Shown: positions 49,650-59,703 of the stretch, piece by piece
How positions within the stretch are numbered: position 1 is the first letter of the stretch
Layout: each line of letters begins with the position of its first letter
NCBI GenBank assembly: GCA_032718475.1
Contig: JAUCBJ010008904.1
Span: 1 to 59,703 of the forward strand
DNA: 59,703 bases
DNA from: Nemertoderma westbladi
Lineage: Eukaryota; Animalia; Xenacoelomorpha
Reading direction: 5' to 3'
Made by a program: the position numbers and the translations under genes
The notes under the pieces: model-generated
Databases searched by the model: none
The model's input: the letters and a program-made list of their open reading frames with translations, nothing else
Told to the model about the DNA's origin: nothing

Positions 49650-52600
49650 TAATTTAGGGTTTAGTGTACAGTGCTTTCCGAAAGTAATTAGTGTGTAGGC
49701 AGTGTATTTGTGTTGTAAAGTGGTTAATAGGCACGTTGGTTCTGGTAGACCGCGGTAATTAATCTCTAGGTAGGAACACTCCGTGATACATAACGTAGTA
49801 CCTATAGCGATACGGTTATAGGTCGTCAGGCGGTGGTATTTTCCTATCTGGACAACGCAGTATATTTACTACTACTTATTATTTTCAAATACCGTAGTAA
49901 CCTGTCCGTTGTAATAACCAGATATTCTAACCCTTTGTTAGGCTGGTTAGTAGACTTCTTGTAAAATTACCCTAAAAATTTGTATTTGTGTATTTGTAAT
50001 TAAATTTTTGTGTTTATTTAGAGATTGTAATCTCAACCCGAATTGTACGTAATTTGTAGTATTAAGTAACTTAGGTAAATTAGAATTATTTGTTTTAGTG
50101 TCCAACAAGTAGCACTCCACTGAGAGCGCACAGCTTCTGTGTAGTGACTCCCCCAGAAATAATAACATTTATTTCAAACATTGACAAAACCCATTAAACG
50201 GGTATATATATATTATAAATCAACTCAAACGATTTATAAATAGTAGGCCTGCCATATAACAATTAGGTCTCAATATCAGTTGGACTACTGCTTAAATAAC
50301 GGCAATAAAGTAAGTTAAAGTAACCAAGTAACCCTTAAAATTCAGAAATTCAATTATTTAAAATAATTGATATACCGGTATTTACAATAGGCTTATTATC
50401 TTTATTTTCATAAACTTAGGCTGAAATCATACCGGTATTGTAAGGGTCCAGTAGTATACCGCTTACCAGATCCTAGTAACGATGTATCTTACTATGAGAC
50501 TCTAGTAATGTATACGGGCTTGTACAGTATCTGACAACAAATCCCAGTCCAGGATATCTAAACAAACAGATATAGTACACAAACGACTACTGGCGAGGAA
50601 CAGAGCCTTGTATCTATTCTATGTACGTGAGCGGGTCTAATGCCTACGTACTAGACAGAAGGATACCTGTCCTCTAACCGGTGAGGCAGATGTACAGTTA
50701 CAGTAACAGACCAAACTCACGGGAAAACAATCCCCGCGCAGCGAATCCTAACTATCACTGACAGTCCTAAATACAGTAACTTGCCGCGGTGTGATTTATA
50801 TGGTTTATATACGAGCTAGTGGGTTAACAGACCTAGCGTAACAACACTGACAGTCCTAAATCAGTCGAAAAGGGGTCGTACCTAAATGTAACAATAACTG
50901 ATCCCCCTGTACGAAATCAGTCTAAAAGGTCAGGCCTAAATGTAACAATACCGTTGTCCAGACAAACAACAGTTTAATAACGAAAATGAAATACTCCTTA
51001 TTGCCGCAACTAAATCAGATCCTAATTTTACAAATACAGATAATTTCCACCTAACGTAATGTATAGTACGCTATAGCTAGTAGAACTTTAAGGGCGATAT
51101 GTTTTAGGGCGTGTGTGTGTGGGTGTGTTACAAATAAAACAATTTCGAGTAATTCCTTTTACTAGGTTTTAGTGATTTTCTGACTAAATGATACCGTGCG
51201 CTAGCTACTAAAATAAACTAGTCGCGTTTGTAGAACTTTATACTCACGAATGACGTCAAAGCTCTCTCCTTCCTATCCACAACCCAATGGGCAACCACAG
51301 TGTTAGTAACTACACCCGTGATCGGCACTAATACCAGATTCTGGTTGTAAGATAAGAATAGGGGTTAATCGCTACCGTACGTTAGCTGATCTGGTATACT
51401 AATTTAATTCTAGAATTTTGTTGCTGCGGTAGTTAGCAGCAATACCTATCAGTACGTGGCAAGGCGCGGTAGGATATTAATAAACCTCCCTAGGCCAAGC
51501 AGTGTGCCGGTAGCAGAAATGCTCCTTGCCTGATCAAATAGCTAACTCCAGACAGGGGGGGGGGGGGGGGGGGGTACTAATGTACGTTCTACAAAGCGAA
51601 CCGGTACCAAACAGTCAGTGCTATGAATCACTAAATTATGGAACGTATGCTGTCCGTGCCTAATGTGTACTCGCGTACTGACGAATGGCAATAGTTCGCA
51701 CCTGTAGGAAGTACAGGTTAACCCAGGGGTTCGTAGGACTGACAAGAAGGGGGGGGGGGGGGGGGGGGTGTCTGGATATAATTATTTAATCCTAAATTTG
51801 CGGCGTCCAGTGCGGTGTCACGCTTACCCTGATCTATAGGTCTTACGGCGGGCAAGGGCGTCGAACAAAGTCTTACCTTCTCACAAAGTGGGCGCTGCAT
51901 AGCAAGTGGAGTATTTCGAAGGGGCAAAGGGGGTGCGCGGTCGATCCAATGTGGGCGCTAGCGTGTTGTGGACATCCCTTCCCTGCGTTGCTTACGGCCT
52001 AACGGTCTAGGCTGCCATCTCCCTGGTGTTCGGCTGTCCCGAAGTCGGACCAAAAGAAAACATGTCAGGAAATTGCAGTATATTTACAGTTTTACGAAGA
52101 ATTATCAAACGAAGTTTCAACAAGAAACCGAATAAATTTAAAATAATATCAGGGTGGTTTACAAAGGAAGTGAAGGGTGTGTGTAACGTGATAACCGAAG
52201 GCAAACCGGCCTTTTATACTAGAAATTGCACATGGAAACTAAACAGAATTTTCCACAGCTTCACCATTGAGCAATGAAGTGCTTCGTGCCCTATGATTGG
52301 CCCAGCTCATCGTTCAACGCAGTCCGGCCCTTACACTAAATCTGGGACATGGAATCCTAACAGAATTTTCCACTGCCTCACATTTGAGCAATAAGGTAAT
52401 TTATGCCCTATGATTGGCCTGGCTCATTATTCGCTACGTTGTACGCTTCTCATTGGCCTACCAATTAGCACCACACGAAAATAAATGGCCCCAAAATACA
52501 AATTTCCCGACTGGGATTCGAACTCGTAACCTACGTAATGTAACCAACGCCTTAACCATCTGACCACTACGCCACGAGAGTACCTAAGGGTTTTATGTGT

Positions 52601-53283
52601 ACAAATATAAATAGGCATATTACATTACTGTAACTTAATCAAAATACGTCGGATTTTCAAAAGTTTTTACGTCAAAGTTAAACTACAAATGCTACCTTAT
52701 AGTGAAATAATTCATCACCGCTCCATGAAAACAGTAAGTAAGACTGTTTTCACCAATCGAAATATAAAATATTTACAAACTATTTCTAAATTTACTGGTA
52801 GGGCCTAAAATATAAAATATAATCACTATCTAATTATTGCATACTTAATATTGCAGATACGGCGTAAATACAATCGATCGTACATACAAATATAAATTTA
52901 CGAATTAACTTTAGTGCCTAAAATACAAAAAAAAGGCTTTCGGTTATCAAGATAAACAAATTAAACAAATCAGAACAAATCAATCAAACAAATCAAACAA
53001 ATAAATCAAACTCTTTCGATAAATCTTTATATATTGTAAATATACATAATAAACCTTCACCAAATTAAATCAGTCCAAATATAATATAAACATAATGCGC
53101 TAATAACTTTCAATAATGTCCTCCTGACGATCTGAAAAGTTCGTCCTACTGGTCTGGATGTCTTCTCCTGAGCACTAATTGCTAACGGTAGGCTCGCAAG
53201 CCTTCCTTTCCATATCTCGTTCTTCCAAACCCAACGTCCGATATAAATACCCAAATATAATATCCAAATATAAAATATCCAAT
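49650..53283. other. Unassigned 3.6-kb non-coding segment replacing the 5' part of gag in element 2
   Basis: Homology to element 1 stops at ~49625 and resumes at ~53284 (equivalent to ~43838); contains poly-G runs, short direct repeats and a tRNA-like motif. Confidence 0.6.
52506..52580 (-). other. tRNA-like Pol III promoter or SINE head
   Basis: Minus-strand TGGCGTAGTGG..AGATGGTTAAGGCG and GAGTTCGAATCCC; no clean cloverleaf. Confidence 0.55.
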
Positions 53284-53401
53284 TCAAGGGCACAGTAAGG
53301 GAAAGTAGATTAGAGTTGCAAGAAGTGCAGCAAAGTATCGCGCTAGAACGCGATAAATTAGTAAATACACAAAAGGGTATACCAACACCCCCCCCGTAAC
53401 A

Positions 53402-56400
53402 ATGTGTCAACCTGTTAGGTCTGAAGTATCTCATGCGCAAGGTGTGGAGCCTACACGCATCTATACTGCTAGCGAAGTAGAAACTCCTATAGTGAACCCT
53501 ATTAAGGGTAATTATAGACCTGTTGATAATGATATTCCCTATAGACCGGATCATAATCCGAGAAATTTATATACCGATAACTCGATATTAAATAACACGA
53601 TGGCCCAAGAAAGTTTTACGCGTCAAATGGCTAGAACCGAAGCCCGGCAAGCGGTAAAGGTGGGAGAGATCGTCAAGTTCAATGGAGATGAGATGAAATG
53701 GTTACCTTTTAATGAATATTACAAAGATAACATACAGAACTCTGTGCTATCTAATGGAGAGAAACTTAGATTCCTCATCGAGTGCTTGGAAGGATCTCCC
53801 AAGTTAATGGCGTTAAAGTTTATTGGACATCCAGACGGATTAAGACAAGTTTGGGATACACTAAACATCAGGTATGGTAATAGGAATAACATAGCTGGGT
53901 ATTTGTATGCAAAGTTGGTAGCGCCCCGAAAGTTTATTAGCAGCGGAATTATAGAGTTTTCCGATGAGATTCAGGAGATCTGCAGACAATTAGATTGGCT
54001 AGGTAAGTCTCATGAGTATCAGAATGCTATGGTTATTAGAGCAGTGGCTTCTACTTTACCGAAGGGTGGAGTAGGTACACGCTGGGATAAGAAAGTGTTA
54101 TATATGATGGAACAACAACGACGAGACCCTACCATGGCTGATCTCATGTCATTCCTAGATGGAGAAGTGAAATTACAGCTCCTGAAACTGTCCAGAGAGA
54201 AGACACCGGAAAACAAGGTAAGTGAAAAACCCGTCGCTAGGAGAAAGGTAACACCAGTGTGTTATACAGATGATGGCGAAAGCCAGACTTCTCAAGGAGA
54301 AGATAGCGGGAAAGACACTGACAGATCTTATTACGTAAATAAAATGCCTAAAGATCAGGTAAGTAAATTCAAGTCTCGAACAAATGACAGGAGAGAACAG
54401 GTAAGAAAAACTCCTCCTACGTCTCCCAAGAGAATTCAGGTGAGAAAGCCCGAAGAAAAAGCAAGTGTGCACAATGTTACGCAAAATAAGGTAAGTAACA
54501 TCAAACCGAAATGTGCGCTATGTGATGGGACCCATCGCTTGAATATGTGTGATGAATTTCTAAAGAAATCATTAACTGAGAGACGTGAAGTCATGTGGGA
54601 TAAGCGGTTGTGTTATAATTGCCTCAGACAAGGACACCAACGGCGAACCTGTTACTCTGACACAAGATGTGCCAAGTGCGGTGCGAAACATCATATCTTG
54701 TTGCACCCTGAATTCGAGCGAAATAGTCCGAGTCAGGTAAGTGATTCCGAACTACATGTCCAATTCAGTGATGTGAACGACACTGATCAATCTGAGATGG
54801 AAGGATTCTATACAGACGAGTTCTCCGACGAAAACGAATCCTGTTACATGATAAATACCGCAGTGTATAGAGCACTCACTTATGAAAAAGATACAGACAT
54901 TGACCTCACTCTAACTACTTCTGATCGACAGCCATCTTGGAAAGCGCCAACTTCCAATGTAGGGATTAGAGAATTTCCTGTGGTACAGGTAAGGGTCCAC
55001 GGACCAAAAAGGAGTTATGTAGTGAACGCCCTCCTTGACTCCGGTAGTACAGGAACATTCATCGACAAAGAGCTAGCCGAAGACATATTCGCTGGACAAC
55101 CCAAGTTCCGAACTAAGCTAAACATGTCAGGGATTATGCAGGTTTGGAAATCTACAGTAACAGCGGATTATTATGTAGGTGCGTTGTCCACCCCCCAGGA
55201 CGAACTAGGAGAACATAGTATAAGGTCAGTGAAAATGGTGGCTATAAAGAACTTCGCTACTACTCAAGCAGACCTTTATAATTGGGACGAGGATGAGAGC
55301 ATCCAACATCTTAAGATACCTCGATTCCAGACTGATTATCCTGGAGTGCAAATACTCATCGGCCAAAACGCACATGAGGCGCTCGAGACATTGGAGAAAT
55401 GGCCTGCTCAACCGCAGCCACTACAAACCTATGCGGTAAGAACTAGAGTAGGTTGGTACTTTACTGGCCCTACCCGTAGAACTCTCATGGAAAGATTACC
55501 GAAAGATCAAGTATATCAAGTGCGAGAATGGGAAGTTGAGAACAGTGAGTTCGACGATCCAACTGAGGGAATTCCATACTCCTCAGACAACGACAATATA
55601 CATCAACTTTTTGATGAGGAGAATGCCATCGATCTCCTTAAGGAAAGCGAGACTTGGCAAAATCAAGTGAACTTATGTCAACTCCTTCTCCCATCCGAGC
55701 GAGACGACTATAACGACGAGCTTAATGACGTCATTGAACGTTATAATGCCAAGACTCGGGATGAACACGCCGTGAGATTCTTTACTCAAGAGGTCGCAGA
55801 GCCCAACTCCTACGATAAGGCCCTATCGGTGGAGGAAGAAAGAGCCAAGCAGATCCAAGCGACAACTACTCGTTTTCTTAAAGATCAAGGTAGATATGAG
55901 ATCGGTCTTCCTTTCCGAAAGCGAGAACCAAAGTTCATTAACAACAGACCTTTGGCAGAGAAAAGAATTGCTCAACTACATCGACGCCTTACGGCAAATT
56001 CTTCAGCTAAAGAAATGTATCAAACACAGTTGAAGAAGTTTATTAGCAAGGGATATGCGGAGCTAGTACCGGAAGAAACCCCTATAACTGAGAGAACGTA
56101 TTATTTAACTCACCATTACGTTCCCAAACCCGGTAAACCCCATGAAGTACGAGTGGTGTTTGACGGTTCCGCCCTTTATATGGGCCAATCTCTTAATTCT
56201 GAATTGTTACCCGGACCCAACTTACTCCAATCCTTGTTGGGAATACTATTAAGATTAAGACAATACTCCATTGCTTTCGCCTCAGACATAGAAGGCATGT
56301 TCTTACAAGTCAAAGCGCTGGATAGGGATCGAGATAGCCTACGATTTTTGTGGTGGCCTGAAGGAGACCTCAATAAGAAACCTGTGGAGTACTGGATGAC

Positions 56401-59400
56401 CATCCAAGCCTTTGGGATAATCTCGAGCCCTTCAAACGCCTGTTCCGTGGTGCGCACCACTGCGGATGACAACCGAGACGCCTTCTCTAAAGAAGTGATC
56501 GACAATATCAAACGAGACATCTACATGGACGACAATCTGAAGTCCCTTCCATCAGTAGAAGAAGCCATTGAGGTCGCTAAAGGAACGGTAGAATGCTTAA
56601 AGAAAGGAGGATTTCGATTAACTAAATTCACTAGCAACTCCCGTGAGTTTCTGGAGTCGATCCCGGTAGAAGATCGAGGAACAAAAGACCTAGATCTAAT
56701 AAAGGATGATCTCCCAGAAACTAAGACCCTTGGTTTGAAATGGGACACAGAAAGAGATATCCTGTTTTTCCAATTAAAACAGCGAGATAATCCAGTTCGG
56801 ACTAAACGGATTTGTTTAAGTATCCTGAGCACTTATTTCGATCCATTGGGATTTATTAGCCCAGTTATATTGATTGCTCGGAGTTTAGTACAACAAATGT
56901 GGCTTGAAAACCACTCATGGGACAATCCACTTAAGGGAGAATTATTAAAGAAGTGGATGAAATGGGAAGATTCTCTACCAGCCATCGAAAACTTTATAAT
57001 TTCCCGTTCATATTTTGGTTATGTTCTCCCTACGTATTCATATCAACTCCATGTGTTTGGAGACGCCAGCGATATGGGAATAGGTATAGTAGCCTACCTA
57101 AGGGTGGAAACTCCGGACGGAATCAAAGTCGCCTTGGTTACCTCTAAGGCATTGATAAACAACAAGTTGAAAGTTCCTCGAGCGGAGTTAAAAGCGGCTC
57201 TATACGCTACAGCCATCGGCCGGAATGTAACAGAACAGATAGACTATCCCCTGGAGAAAACTGTCTATTGGACCGACGCTTTACTCGTGTTGGAGTATAT
57301 AACCAATGAAGTCTGTCAGTTCAGCGTCTTCGTTACCAACAGAGTAGCTATTATACTCAGTCGCACGACGATGGATCAATGGAGACATTGCCCCGGAACG
57401 ATTAATCCAGCGGACATCGCTTCCAGGGGAGCAACTCCACAAGAACTGGTAGATACTCCAGACTGTTTAGGTGGACCCGACTTCCTCTACAAAGAAGAAG
57501 AAGAATGGCCTCCTCATCTTACTACAGCAGAAATTAGACAGGCCAAGGGAGCGGAGAAAGTCAAGCCTAAAACTCAGGCGAGTAAATCGAAGTTATTCAA
57601 ACCCACAGTAGATCTGTCTGTACTACATACTTCCGGAGACGACGCTTTGGATCAGAAACCCACAGCCACAAATAAACCCGTTGTGGAAATCCGTGATAAG
57701 GATTGGAAATCTGGCATACCAGACGTCTCGCAAGGACTCTCACCTCTTCTGCAGAGAGCGATACATCACTACAGTTCCTGGAATCGGCTCTGTAAAGCCG
57801 TTACATATTTAAAGAGATGTTTTCACCATCACTATTCCGGGATGAAGGCCAAAGGTGATACCGCTCCCATAACATCAGTGCAGGTCCATGTTATTAAAGA
57901 TCTTCCCCCATATAAGATACCCGACAGGTTTCTGAAGGAGAAGATCAGTTATCAGGAGCATGAAGAAACCAACAAACAGATGCTGAGACTCTTACAATGC
58001 TATGAAGATTCCGATAAGTATTTCCTGTTGTTGAGAAATCCACAGATGCGCTTAAGGGATCGTTTCTCTAGCACAATGATAGATGGGTTGATACGTGTTG
58101 GAGGAAGGTTAACGAATGCCCCATTATCCTTTGATACTAAGTTCCCCATACTCATTAGAAATCTTGAAATACAAGTCAAGATGATTGTAGATGTTCACAG
58201 TAAGCTTTATCATGCTGGTAGAGAACGAGTTCTTAGCGAAATTCGAACTCGCTATTATTTTTATAAACCCCGTAGAGCTCTGAACCAAGTTCTTAGGAAC
58301 TGTATACCCTGTAGGAAAGCATTCAGTAGGCCTTTAACACAGCGAGAGGCAGAATTACCTAGGGAACGAGTAAGCTTTTATGAACCACCCTTTACTAATA
58401 CCGGTGTGGATTTATTTGGCCCTATTGAAGTATATCGTGCTAGGACTATAGTCAAGAGATGGTGTGTAATCTTTGTTTGTATGACTTGTAGAGCCATCCA
58501 TCTCGATATGGTGAACGATTTATCTACCAACAGCTTTCTATTAAGCTTACGACGACAGATCGCTCGCTTTGGCACTAGTAACACGATGAGATCTGATAAG
58601 GGAACAAACTTCATTGGTGCCAACAATGAAATCAAAGCTTACGTCAAAGATTGGAACCAAAGACAGGTGGACGACCAACTACGAGTAACAGCGTCTAGTT
58701 GGACCTTCAACGCCGCCGACGCCCCTTGGTGGGGAGGAAGTTGGGAGAGAATAATAAGAAGCGTGAAGACAGCATTTCATTTTATAGTGCCTTGCCGCGC
58801 TTATCTCACCGACGAACTTTTGCGGACGTTAATGGAAGAAATCGCCACCTATCTCAACGAGAGACCGCTTATGCCAGTCTCATCGAGTCCCGATTCCCTG
58901 GAAGCGCTAACACCCGCGCACTTCCTACTGAAGAAACCTGTAGCCATGCTCCCACAATCGGAAATCACAGACGGAGACTAATACTGCCGACAAACTTGGC
59001 AACTCATGCAGTTGTTATCCCGTCGTTTCGCTGACCATTTCGAAAAACATTATCTGCCCACGCTACAACTTCGAACTAAGTGGTTTGCGCAGCAAGAAAA
59101 CGTCAGCGCTGGAGACATGGTGCTTATTGTGGATGTGGATCTTCCACGTAAGCGGTGGCAGACAGGTCGTATAATCGAGACGCACATCTCGGATGACGGT
59201 TTGGTGCGATCGGTAGAACTCGTCGTCATGCGACGTAACTTCAAGAAACCGGGAATTGTCTTCGAGACGCAGCAGCTCAATCGCCCAGTGGGACGTTTAT
59301 GTTTACTGGAAAGAGACAGAGAACTCTCCGGAAACTATGGGAGACAAGATACTCTTCCCACGACCACCTCCCTAATCCAACAAACATCTAGGGACTCCCC

Positions 59401-59407
59401 AACTTAA
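53402..59407 (+). pseudogene. BEL Gag-PR-RT-RNase H-IN polyprotein, N-truncated, with one premature stop (58979-58981)
   Basis: LLDSGS; RVVFDGSA, SLNSELLPGPNLL, SDIEGMFLQV, IYMDD; LHVFGDAS, PRAEL, WTDA, NPADIASRG; H..H..C..C, GVDLFGP, SDKGTNF, GSWERIIRSVK; 59006-59407 is in the same frame. Confidence 0.95.
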
Positions 59408-59703
59408 CAACGGCTGGAGTGGGTGTGTGACCATATTACTTTATATTTGTATTTGTTTTATTTTTATATTTATGTATGTATTATTATGTAATTTTATTTT
59501 AATCGTTTTATTTAATTTTATTTAGTAGTATGGTATTTTAGAGATTATTTAGTAGATTAGTGCAATATATATTCGCGTTTATTATTTAATTACGTATATT
59601 ATATATTTAGTGCGACGGCGAGAAATAATTCTTTTTCTCTTTCCTTACTGCCCGTATTACATTATCAATACGTGACTACAGTAAGATGAAATCTTCGTAC
59701 TTA

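Larger units (their letters stand above)
47402..59703 (+). mobile_element. BEL/Pao LTR retrotransposon, element 2 (related subfamily), running off the window end
   Basis: Starts TGTAAAAGCTT like the element 1 LTR; homologous LTR, 5' UTR, gag-pol and 3' UTR. Confidence 0.9.

Noticed and set aside
52506-52580. Functional tRNA gene
   Set aside because: A and B boxes are present, but the acceptor and anticodon stems do not pair cleanly

Overview
Eukaryotic (invertebrate-animal-like), AT-rich, transposon-dense window. One host gene can be assembled by hand: six phase-consistent 3' coding exons of a folliculin-interacting protein (FNIP1/2) homolog on the + strand (9778-31574); its 5' exons lie upstream of the window. 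Its introns hold a CRE-clade and an RTE-clade non-LTR retrotransposon, four nested Helentron-associated (HINE-like) elements, a Merlin remnant, several MITEs and foldback elements, a SINE, minisatellites, and an intronless antisense signal-peptide/Ig/mucin ORF. The right half holds two related BEL/Pao LTR retrotransposons, the second inserted in opposite orientation into the 5' LTR of the first. The best novelty candidates are both in these elements: (1) neither has a tRNA primer-binding site; instead the 11 nt directly after the 5' LTR are complementary to a site inside the element's own LTR, with a compensatory change between the two elements, which suggests Tf1-like self-primed reverse transcription in BEL/Pao; (2) element 1 carries a decayed ~480-codon accessory ORF with tandem CCHC zinc knuckles between pol and the PPT/3' LTR. 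All family calls come from motif recognition by eye, not database searches.
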